A stretch of 64,000 nucleotides of DNA from Bacteroidota bacterium. Lineage in GTDB: Bacteria; Bacteroidota; Bacteroidia; AKYH767-A; OLB10. Position numbers and translations under genes: made by a program. How positions within the stretch are numbered: position 1 is the stretch's first letter; the number at the start of each line of letters is the position of its first letter. The notes below the pieces were generated by a model. That model was not told the origin of the DNA. It saw nothing but the letters and a program-made list of their open reading frames with translations, and did no database searches. This document shows, piece by piece, positions 56,653 to 64,000 of the stretch. Where the stretch lies: positions 32,965-96,964 of the forward strand of contig JAKPPP010000112.1 in the NCBI GenBank assembly GCA_029547265.1, written 5' to 3'.

Positions 56653-57987
56653 TTAGAATCCTGTTGTGCCTAGTGTTTTTTCCAAATCAATTTTAGAAAT
56701 AATGGCATCATAAAGTGTGTTGAAATAGTTTGCGTCTGCTTCTTTAACTGAACTTTCTGCATCAACTAATTCAAGTGATGATCCAACTCCGTTATCGTAT
56801 TTAATTTTTGATACGCGTGAGATTTCTGTTGCAAGTTCTTGGTTTTTCTTAACAGTCTTAAGTGACGATAAATTGTTTTCGTAGTTGCTTCGAGCTGATT
56901 CATACTCTAAAGCAAAACTGTTTTTTAACAACGAGATTGAATTGTCAACTTTTTCGAGCGATAGGCGCGCTTGAGATATTTTAGCTTGCTTCTGTAATCC
57001 GTCCCAAATAGGAATAGATAGTTTTAATCCTGCAACTACTGTCGGATACCATTTGTAGTCCGTATTGAAGATATTGAATTCATTACGAGATGCATTATAG
57101 CTAGCAGATCCGAATGCAACTAGGCTAGGGTAATAAGTCGATTTATAGCGCTTTAAATCTAGTTCTTGAAGTTTGCGTTGAACTGTTGCTAATGCAAATT
57201 CAGGACGTTTTGAGGCGTCTACTGAATCAGCAATTACAACGTTTTGTAGTACCGACTCATCGAGTTTATCACTAAGCGTTATTGGTTGATGTGGATCAAA
57301 TCCCATTTGGAATTTCAATAATGCATAGCTGAGATCTTTGAAGCGAGTGATTTTTTCTTTCTCAACTTTTAAGTTGTTTAACGAAAGTTCAATACGGTCT
57401 ACATCAATTTTCTCTACTAATCCGTTTTGATTAAGAGCTTTTGTGTCGCTAAACAACTTTGTAACGCGATCTATGTTAGCTTGAATAATCTCAAGACGTG
57501 CGTCAGATACTAGAGCACCATAGTAAGCTTTGCTTACGTTTATTGCAGTTTCTGTTTTAGTTTGCGCTGTTGCTTTCTTGCTTAATTCACGATAAGTACG
57601 AGAAGCTTGCAATCCTACGAGGTACGAACCATCGAAAAGTAATTGCGTCGCTGTAACGCCCGCAGATGCTGTATAAGGTTGCCCGAATTTCACTCCGTAA
57701 AATTCACCTGCGTTTCCTCCAAAGAATTCTGCAGGAACGAATGACGTAGGAATTTCAATAAATTTGTTGAAATCAGCTTCTCCGGAAATTTGCGGTGTTC
57801 CAATACCTACTAATTCATCTACTTTACGTTGAGCAATCTTTTCATCAAGCATTGCATTTTTAACATTTTGTTGATTCGTCAATGCATAGTCTACTGCTTG
57901 CTTAAGAGTAAAGGAATTTTTTGAATCCTGGGCCTGCAAAATCATCACCGATTGCAGGAAGATACAAAGTGTCAGGATTTTTTTCAT
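56653..57987 (-). CDS. TolC-family outer membrane efflux protein
   Basis: Signal peptide and two OEP repeats (LKQAVDYALTNQQNVKNA...), 444 aa. Confidence 0.9.
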   Translation of the reverse strand: MKKILTLCIFLQSVMILQAQDSKNSFTLKQAVDYALTNQQNVKNAMLDEKIAQRKVDELVGIGTPQISGEADFNKFIEIPTSFVPAEFFGGNAGEFYGVKFGQPYTASAGVTATQLLFDGSYLVGLQASRTYRELSKKATAQTKTETAINVSKAYYGALVSDARLEIIQANIDRVTKLFSDTKALNQNGLVEKIDVDRIELSLNNLKVEKEKITRFKDLSYALLKFQMGFDPHQPITLSDKLDESVLQNVVIADSVDASKRPEFALATVQRKLQELDLKRYKSTYYPSLVAFGSASYNASRNEFNIFNTDYKWYPTVVAGLKLSIPIWDGLQKQAKISQARLSLEKVDNSISLLKNSFALEYESARSNYENNLSSLKTVKKNQELATEISRVSKIKYDNGVGSSLELVDAESSVKEADANYFNTLYDAIISKIDLEKTLGTTGF

Positions 57988-58136
57988 AGTTGCTTTAATG
58001 CTGTTAGGGTTGCAAATTTCTATTAACTTCTTAATTTATGTATTGCAGGAAATTTGAAACTGCAATAATTAGGGATGAATCGTAATAATTTTATGTCAGA
58101 CGGATAAAATGATTTTACATTTTAAAGATTTGAAAT

Positions 58137-58760
58137 TTATTCGTCGTCGATTTGTTTGTATTTGTTAATGAGTTTATGGCCTTTCAATGTACATATACCA
58201 TGCATGAAGTGATCTAGTAATTGCATTTGCACTTCAGAGTGATTGTATTTATCGGCAGGGAATACGGAAGGGTCCATCGCCATTTCTACTTGCTCCAGAC
58301 GAAAACGCGCCATTATTTTGGTGTTGATGTCGGAGCGATATAATCCTTCCGACTTGCCTTTTTCGATGTTTGAGATCACCAATTGTGTCATGAATTTCTC
58401 TTTGAATTCACGAAATATAGCCCATGACTCAGGATGATATTTCTGCATGTCATAAAAGAGATTCGGATTAATTCGGTTGAAGGTCTTACTCATAAATTGC
58501 ATCGTTAATATGATCTCTTCGATGGCATTTTTTGAGGTCTTTCCTATTTCTTCAATGATCTTGGTGTGCTCTTCACGCTCTTTTTCAATATATGCCCTCA
58601 CTAATTCATTCTTGTCGGCATACAGTTGGTAAATGGTTTTCTTTGAAACACCCAAATCCCTGGCAATATCATCCATGGTCACACTTTTCAAACCAAATCG
58701 GCTGAAGAGCTTATGGGCGCCTTCTAATATGCGGCAGTTGGGGTTAAATGAGAGTTGCAT
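58137..58760 (-). CDS. TetR/AcrR-family transcriptional regulator
   Basis: N-terminal HTH FGLKSVTMDDIARDLGVSKKTIYQLYADKNELV. It sits upstream of the efflux genes on the same strand. Confidence 0.9.
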   Translation of the reverse strand: MQLSFNPNCRILEGAHKLFSRFGLKSVTMDDIARDLGVSKKTIYQLYADKNELVRAYIEKEREEHTKIIEEIGKTSKNAIEEIILTMQFMSKTFNRINPNLFYDMQKYHPESWAIFREFKEKFMTQLVISNIEKGKSEGLYRSDINTKIMARFRLEQVEMAMDPSVFPADKYNHSEVQMQLLDHFMHGICTLKGHKLINKYKQIDDE

Positions 58761-58771
58761 GATTTCGGGTG

Positions 58772-58779
58772 CAAAACTA
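58772..58779 (-). promoter_or_regulatory. -7 promoter motif TAGTTTTG upstream of tetR
   Basis: Exact TAnnTTTG on the minus strand, 11 nt before the ATG. A second exact match (TATTTTTG) is at 58795-58802. Confidence 0.45.
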
Positions 58780-58780
58780 T

Positions 58781-58808
58781 GGAAACTTTGTGCACAAAAA
58801 TAGTTTCC
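58781..58808. promoter_or_regulatory. Candidate TetR operator: inverted repeat GGAAACT...AGTTTCC enclosing the perfect palindrome TTGTGCACAA
   Basis: GGAAACT (58781-58787) / AGTTTCC (58802-58808), with TTGTGCACAA at 58788-58797. It overlaps the tetR promoter motifs. Confidence 0.45.
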
Positions 58809-58885
58809 AATATTAAATTTTGGATAAAATTTCGTAAATTATTGAAAAACAGATAAATAAAATTAATCTAGTTGGATTTTAACAA

Positions 58886-58912
58886 TAAAAAACCCCGGTG
58901 GTTAGTCGGGGT
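58886..58912 (-). terminator. Intrinsic terminator after tatA
   Basis: The minus strand reads accccg-actaaccac-cggggt followed by TTTTTTATT. Confidence 0.6.
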
Positions 58913-58934
58913 GAGTTGATTTTGAGTAGTATTT

Positions 58935-59336
58935 TTATGATTCGCTTGTTCCGTTGGTCTCTGCTGAAAATGTAGCATTTGGATCTTTTAATAGAGCATC
59001 GCTTTTTGCTTTTGCCGCCATTTCAATTTCACTTGCTGTAACTGCTGCCGATTTTGATTGTGCCATTGGGTGACTCTCAATGATAGGCATTTGAGGAACT
59101 TCTCTGGCTACATCGTCTTTTACTTTGTTGACTTCACTCTCAATATTATTCATTCCGGCCTTGATTTCGTTCTGAACTCCGTTCATGGCATCTTTAAATT
59201 CTCGCATTCCTTTCCCTAGGCCTTTGGCTAGTTCCGGAATTTTAGCTGAACCGAAAAACATCAGTACAAAGAGCATAATTACCATCAGCTCCCCGCCACC
59301 TAAACTTTCCAGAAATAATAGGGTTAGTAAATTCAT
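58935..59336 (-). CDS. tatA: Twin-arginine translocase subunit TatA/E
   Basis: GGGELMVIMLFVLMFFGSAKIPELAKGLGKGMREFKDAM is the TatA TM and amphipathic helix signature. The track ORF starts at 59417; the ATG at 59336 (MNLLTLLFLE...) is preferred. Confidence 0.85.
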   Translation of the reverse strand: MNLLTLLFLESLGGGELMVIMLFVLMFFGSAKIPELAKGLGKGMREFKDAMNGVQNEIKAGMNNIESEVNKVKDDVAREVPQMPIIESHPMAQSKSAAVTASEIEMAAKAKSDALLKDPNATFSAETNGTSES

Positions 59337-59340
59337 GGCG

Positions 59341-59348
59341 CAAAGATA
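59341..59348 (-). promoter_or_regulatory. -7 promoter motif TATCTTTG, 4 nt upstream of the tatA ATG
   Basis: The minus strand reads TATCTTTG-cgcc-ATG. Confidence 0.45.
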
Positions 59349-59381
59349 GTACTTGTTGTTAAAGGGAAAGTGAATTTTTCT

Positions 59382-59389
59382 TAGGTTTG
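59382..59389 (+). promoter_or_regulatory. -7 promoter motif TAGGTTTG upstream of the 694-aa gene
   Basis: Exact TAnnTTTG, 33 nt before the ATG at 59423. Confidence 0.4.
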
Positions 59390-59422
59390 TATTGCTCAGC
59401 ATTATGTTGATTATCACTGATT

Positions 59423-61507
59423 ATGGCTAGCTCTAAACCGATTATTACAATGAAATGGCTGTGGTTGACGTTCGTTGGAATATCTCTATTGCCCTTTGGT
59501 CATGTTTTTGCTCAAAATGACTCGGTTGTTGTTGGCGTTTATTTTTCTTCTTCGAACTCTCCGGTTCAATATACTTCTCCGAATTATTTTAAATCTATTT
59601 TTAACTCCGCAAATCGAATTACATCATACAAAACCGGACAAAATTCGATTTCGTATTTGCCGGGCACGAATTCAATTTATACTTATGACACCTTTGGCCG
59701 ATTAATTAGCAAGGACTCTATGAAAATGGATGCGTCAGGCAATGGCGTATTAGCAGCACATGAGTCTTTTAATTATGACAGTTTCGGTTCAGTGATAAAT
59801 CACATGTTTGCTTTTCAAGGATGGAGTGATTCAACCGTTTATTTAAAGGATAACTTTTTGCGCGATTCTATAAATATCAGATACATTAATAGCTTGCTAT
59901 TCCCAAAACTGAAATCGGAGTATTTTTATCAAGGATCTTCTTTAATGCCAATTCAAATTGTTGAATCTTCTTTCGATTCTGTATTAAATGTATGGACTCC
60001 CAACACTCTGCATAATTGTTATTATACTTCATTCGATAGCTTGGAGGTTGATACTGTTTTGCAATACAATAATATTACTCATCTATGGGATCCATGGAAA
60101 GTAGCATTTAAATCATACGCTGTTAATCATTATTTAAGCAGTAGTCAAGACTTTGATTATCTGAACGCTGTTTATAGTTTAAATGCTTGTCGTAATTATT
60201 CTTATAATAGTTCAAACCAAATCCTCAGAGTTGATGAGTATAAAGGAAGCTGTAGTGGGAATTTAATGTATCAATATCAATGGACATACAATGCTTCCGG
60301 AAAATTGATTTCTTACGTCGGATTGCAAAATCTTTCACCTGTAGGTTGCGGATGGTTTACGCTTTCAAATTATCAATATAAAAGAGATAGTCTTGGGAAT
60401 TTATTAGAAGTTGAAATGACAGATAATCAGCCCGGCGTACCATGCTCGGGTACTTCGTTAAAAAGAGATTTTTATTATGCTTATGCTGACAAAGGAATTT
60501 GGTCGATCACTCTTATTGCTCCCGGTTCATCTATTACACATTGTGAAGACGATCAATCAATAGCATATTTATTAGCACTCAACGAGCCTTTCGATGCCAT
60601 TTGTTATTGGAAAGTAATTGATAGTTTAAGTGGAAGCGGTATAGTTAAAACTCTTTCACTAAAAGAGAATTTATTTGTTTCTGCTTATTCTGCCTCTTCG
60701 AGTTTAAATGATACCGTGTTTAGCTCAGAGGTTCAATTTAAAGTTTTAGGTAAATCGTCATTGCCAATTTTTTGTAATGGTTCATCTGATGATGTGAAAA
60801 AATGTGACGAAGCAACAGTTATTCTCGTTGCCGATTCTGTTAAATTGAAGAATCCTACTTGGTATTTAAATGGAAGTGCTTTAAATTCTCTTAACGGAAA
60901 ATTTTCAATTCCTGTGATTCAAGAAGGAGCATATTCTTGTCGATCAATTTATATTGCTTCTCCCGGTTGTTTGCATGAGGTTAAAATTGCTGTTGAGAAT
61001 AATTCTCCTCATCCTAAGTTAATTTCTCAAGGAAGTAATATAGCTAATTTGTTAACTGTTATTTCTGATGATTCTTTTGAGCTAGGTAGTCTTTACGATT
61101 GGTATAAAAATGGATCATATTTGTTTTCTACTAGCGATGGTAAATTGAATGTGTCGTCTCCGGGTACTTATTATTGCAGCGTAACGAATCAACGAGGCTG
61201 TGAAAAATCTTCGAATAATTTGGTTGTTGATTTATTTAAATCTACTAGCGATAATGATGGCGTTTGGTTTGCAAATCCAATTATCGGAAATCAATTTACT
61301 CTTGCATTTGATTTAAGCATTTGGCCGCTTAATGAAGACGTTCGATATAGTGTTTACGATCTTCAAGGCAGATTGATTGTTCAGAATAATATACATAGCC
61401 AAAATGAAACTATCATTATACCTCATGGTTCAGCAGATTACTTCATTACTTTCTACAAAGGCAATCAAATGAAATTAGTAAAGAAGTTGCTGGTTGTTGA
61501 TCAATAA
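59423..61507 (+). CDS. Secreted 694-aa protein with degenerate YD-like repeats and probable T9SS type A C-terminal sorting domain
   Basis: Signal peptide (WLWLTFVGISLLPFGHVFAQ). YD-like motifs IYTYDTFGRLISK, FNYDSFGSVI, WTYNASGKLISY and YQYKRDSLGNLLEV. The C-terminus ...VWFANPIIGNQFTLAF...YSVYDLQGRLIV...KLVKKLLVV is Por_Secre_tail-like. Confidence 0.7.
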   Translation: MASSKPIITMKWLWLTFVGISLLPFGHVFAQNDSVVVGVYFSSSNSPVQYTSPNYFKSIFNSANRITSYKTGQNSISYLPGTNSIYTYDTFGRLISKDSMKMDASGNGVLAAHESFNYDSFGSVINHMFAFQGWSDSTVYLKDNFLRDSINIRYINSLLFPKLKSEYFYQGSSLMPIQIVESSFDSVLNVWTPNTLHNCYYTSFDSLEVDTVLQYNNITHLWDPWKVAFKSYAVNHYLSSSQDFDYLNAVYSLNACRNYSYNSSNQILRVDEYKGSCSGNLMYQYQWTYNASGKLISYVGLQNLSPVGCGWFTLSNYQYKRDSLGNLLEVEMTDNQPGVPCSGTSLKRDFYYAYADKGIWSITLIAPGSSITHCEDDQSIAYLLALNEPFDAICYWKVIDSLSGSGIVKTLSLKENLFVSAYSASSSLNDTVFSSEVQFKVLGKSSLPIFCNGSSDDVKKCDEATVILVADSVKLKNPTWYLNGSALNSLNGKFSIPVIQEGAYSCRSIYIASPGCLHEVKIAVENNSPHPKLISQGSNIANLLTVISDDSFELGSLYDWYKNGSYLFSTSDGKLNVSSPGTYYCSVTNQRGCEKSSNNLVVDLFKSTSDNDGVWFANPIIGNQFTLAFDLSIWPLNEDVRYSVYDLQGRLIVQNNIHSQNETIIIPHGSADYFITFYKGNQMKLVKKLLVVDQ

Positions 61508-63154
61508 TTATTTCGCTATCTCTTCTATCACTTTTCCTGTGCAGCCATTCGGTATTCCGATGTTTAATAAGAAGCTGAGAGTTGGTGCTATATCCGGAAT
61601 GTTTATCGATCTCGTGCATGCTCCTGCAGGAATTCCCCAACCATACCACATTAAAGGAACATGGGTATCGTAAGGATATGGTGAACCATGTGTTGTTCCT
61701 TGCTTGCCATTGCCAAAGAGCTTGTCTGTCCAACCCGGTGAAAAGAGTAATACCACATCTCCAGATCTTTTCGGCTGCATACCTTTCTGAATTTTATTTC
61801 TGAAGGGTTCGTTGTATTCGGTTGTCGAGATGTTACAGTTAGTTAATACGTCTTGTAAGCCGTCGATTTTATAGCGAATGAAATCAGCTATCTCTTGTTG
61901 CATCACGCAAATATTAATTTTCGCAGAGTCTACTTTACTTCGGTTCAAATAAAATTGATCGTTTAAATAACATTGCATGTATTCACTACTTCCATACTTT
62001 CTTTGCAAAAAGTATTTTACTGTATCTGATATCATTTTCGGATCGCTAAATCCTGCTTCTAATTTTTTGTCGATTAATGACTGCGGATTTACTACAGCAC
62101 CATGATCTGCAGTTAGAAATATTAAATAATTCCCTTTTCCTATTCGTGAATCAAGATATTGTAGTAGATCGGCAATGTCTCTGTCTAAACGTATATAGGT
62201 GTCTTCTAATTCAACTGCATCTGTCCCGAATTGATGTCCTACATAGTCGGTTGCCGAAAAACTAACACACAAAAAATCTGTAATACTATCTGCGCCTAAT
62301 TCTTCTCCCGATATCGCGGCTATCGCAAGATCTTTTGTCATTGTATTTCCAAATGGTGTGCGACGAACTAAATCGAAACTCGTGCCGCGCAATGCAGGTA
62401 GATCATGTGGAAATACCGGTTTTGCTTCTCCTGTGTATGGTAATTCATACGGACTATCATCAGGATCACTTTCTGTATAATAACTCAATGGTAATGTTGT
62501 TGTCCATGGCTTCGATAAATAATGATCAGGCCATTTTCTCTCGTTAAAATCTTTTACCCATTTCGGTAAATCGTTCATGTACCAGGTGCTGCTGATCCAG
62601 TTGCCCGTTGATCCATCATACCAATAGGCTGCATCTCCCGATCTTCCCGCAGGTAAAATTGCTCCTCTGTCTTTTAAAGATATACCAATAACTTTCGACT
62701 TGCCTTGGTTCGTAAGTTGTAATTCGTCGGTAATAGTGGTGCTTAATAATCGCTTCGGCGACATTTTGCCTGCGTAGTTGTCAGATCCAACTCCTTTCAC
62801 ATTTTTATCTTCTGCACAGTATACCGTATCGTTTTCTGTGCGATCGAACCAGTCGTTTGCAACGATTCCATGGAATGCCGGCGTTGTTCCTGTGTAGATA
62901 CTTGCATGTCCGGGACCTGTATATGTAGGTACATAGTTATAATGCGTATTTCTGCATTGATATCCTTGCGCAGCAAGCTTTTTAAATCCTCCCGTTCCTA
63001 GTTTGTTTCTGTACTTACTGATGTAATCAGCGCGCATCTGATCAACAACAATACCTACAACAAGTTTGGGTTTAGATGCAGGAAGTGATTTGTTTTGTGC
63101 CTGCGTTGTTGATGCAATGATCAAACAAATGAAAAAGGATATTTTGCGTAACAT
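61508..63154 (-). CDS. pafA: PafA-like alkaline phosphatase / nucleotide pyrophosphatase-phosphodiesterase family enzyme
   Basis: Signal peptide, VVGIVVDQMRADY (metal site), VPTYTGPGHASIYTG (Thr nucleophile motif), LTADHG and GTTHGS. The ~548 aa size matches Bacteroidota PafA. Confidence 0.8.
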   Translation of the reverse strand: MLRKISFFICLIIASTTQAQNKSLPASKPKLVVGIVVDQMRADYISKYRNKLGTGGFKKLAAQGYQCRNTHYNYVPTYTGPGHASIYTGTTPAFHGIVANDWFDRTENDTVYCAEDKNVKGVGSDNYAGKMSPKRLLSTTITDELQLTNQGKSKVIGISLKDRGAILPAGRSGDAAYWYDGSTGNWISSTWYMNDLPKWVKDFNERKWPDHYLSKPWTTTLPLSYYTESDPDDSPYELPYTGEAKPVFPHDLPALRGTSFDLVRRTPFGNTMTKDLAIAAISGEELGADSITDFLCVSFSATDYVGHQFGTDAVELEDTYIRLDRDIADLLQYLDSRIGKGNYLIFLTADHGAVVNPQSLIDKKLEAGFSDPKMISDTVKYFLQRKYGSSEYMQCYLNDQFYLNRSKVDSAKINICVMQQEIADFIRYKIDGLQDVLTNCNISTTEYNEPFRNKIQKGMQPKRSGDVVLLFSPGWTDKLFGNGKQGTTHGSPYPYDTHVPLMWYGWGIPAGACTRSINIPDIAPTLSFLLNIGIPNGCTGKVIEEIAK

Positions 63155-63204
63155 AGTAATGAGTTTTACTAACGGTTAAGGATATGAGAAAAATTTATTT
63201 TTGG

Positions 63205-63774
63205 TTATTTTGTTTCAATAGGTGAAATCTTCTTTTTTAATAGCGTCGCTGTAATCCATCCGAAGAATGCCCCGAAGATCCATCCGCTAATTACATCGCC
63301 GGGATAGTGGGCTCCTAAGTAAACGCGACTATAGCCTATCAATAGAACAAATACTAATAGTTGATAACGTATGGCTTTTTGGGATGCCGGTAACATCATT
63401 GATATGAACACCGCCAACGACATGGAGTTTGATGCATGTGAACTGAAAAAACCGAATTGTCCGCCGCAATAATCATTCACTAAATGAACGATATTCTGAA
63501 TACTTGGCTCATGACATGGTCTTAATCGCGCTACATTGTTTTTGATTAGCACCGAAAACTGATCACTTACTGCTACCATCGCTGCAATTGCCGGTAAAAT
63601 CCACAATGTGTCTTTAAGATAACTGCGATAGAGCGAATATAAAAGCCAACAATAAAACGGAATCCAGATCAATCGATCACTGATCCAGAAAAAGAGAAAG
63701 TCGAGAGTAGGGGAGTGCGCGCCATTAATAGCGAGAAGAAGCTTCGTGTCGATTCCCCGCAATATCTCAAGCAT
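63205..63774 (-). CDS. PAP2-family phosphatase (undecaprenyl-diphosphate / lipid phosphatase type)
   Basis: Three PAP2 motifs, KNNVARLRP, SFFSSHAS and SRVYLGAHYPGDV, in a multi-TM protein. Confidence 0.85.
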   Translation of the reverse strand: MLEILRGIDTKLLLAINGAHSPTLDFLFFWISDRLIWIPFYCWLLYSLYRSYLKDTLWILPAIAAMVAVSDQFSVLIKNNVARLRPCHEPSIQNIVHLVNDYCGGQFGFFSSHASNSMSLAVFISMMLPASQKAIRYQLLVFVLLIGYSRVYLGAHYPGDVISGWIFGAFFGWITATLLKKKISPIETK

Positions 63775-63786
63775 TTCGGTAAGGCG

Positions 63787-64000
63787 TTAACGTGATAAGA
63801 ATGATTGTTCGTTCATCATCGACCACAGCACATCTTTCAGCTCTACAATGCCTTTGCCTGTTGCCGACGAAATAAATAACACAGGGACTTTCATATTGTC
63901 CTGCATTTTATCTTCCGGAATTTCTTTCATCAAGGCTGTCTGTAATTCATCGTCAATCATATCACATTTCGTGATAGCAATTACACGTCGCTTGTCGATG
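63787..64000 (-). CDS. obg: GTPase Obg/CgtA, C-terminal 71 codons only (5' end outside the window)
   Basis: Absent from the track (no start in the window). My translation reads ...IDKRRVIAITKCDMIDDELQTALMKEIPEDK...VLFISSATGKGIVELKDVLWSMMNEQSFLSR*, the G4 (TKCD) and G5 (SSAT) region of Obg. Stop at 63787-63789. Confidence 0.75.
   Translation of the reverse strand, partial: IDKRRVIAITKCDMIDDELQTALMKEIPEDKMQDNMKVPVLFISSATGKGIVELKDVLWSMMNEQSFLSR

Noticed and set aside
1-64000. Search for a genomic island, prophage, defence system, toxin-antitoxin pair, CRISPR-Cas, tRNA/rRNA or IS element
   Set aside because: I saw no integrase, transposase, recombinase, nuclease/ATPase defence-type genes, tRNA-like sequences, terminal inverted repeats or direct-repeat island borders. 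Gene content and promoter style are uniform and typical of a core Bacteroidota chromosome. I cannot compute composition statistics here, so a subtle island cannot be formally excluded.

Overview
This window is an ordinary chromosomal segment of a Bacteroidota genome. The phylum call rests on gldC, type A and type B T9SS C-terminal sorting domains, SprB repeats, TAnnTTTG promoter motifs, no Shine-Dalgarno sequences, and an FtsZ C-terminus ending NNSFLHDRVD. Most of it is core housekeeping. 5.8-21.9 kb holds a complete Bacteroidota-type dcw cluster (mraZ-rsmH-ftsL-ftsI-murE-mraY-murD-ftsW-murG-murC-ftsQ-ftsA-ftsZ plus a YqeY/GatB-like gene), preceded by a clear triple MraZ-box operator. Other core genes are engB, pheT, rplU-rpmA, tatA and the 3' end of obg. 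Accessory content: an aminoacyl-lipid acyltransferase pair; three T9SS cargo genes around pheT, including a 3085-aa adhesin with 25 tandem ~82-aa modules and two very recent intragenic duplications; and two DEAD-box helicases with non-canonical motif II. It also carries an ECF sigma/anti-sigma pair divergent from a TPR-PD40-OmpA gene, osmC, a trans-sulfuration-family PLP enzyme, a tetR-tolC-MFP-RND efflux operon, a YD-repeat-like T9SS protein, a PafA-like phosphatase and a PAP2 phosphatase. I found no tRNA, rRNA, CRISPR array, transposase, integrase, phage or recognisable defence genes, and no convincing novel multi-gene system. The best second-look items are: (1) the giant modular adhesin and its near-identical DNA repeats, (2) a recurrent promoter-motif-plus-4-nt-plus-start-codon layout that predicts leaderless mRNAs, (3) the MraZ operator with extra distal boxes, (4) a (NNAAACC)x7 heptamer repeat, and (5) unassigned domains in the T9SS cargo and anti-sigma proteins. 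All family assignments come from reading the translations by eye, with no database search.
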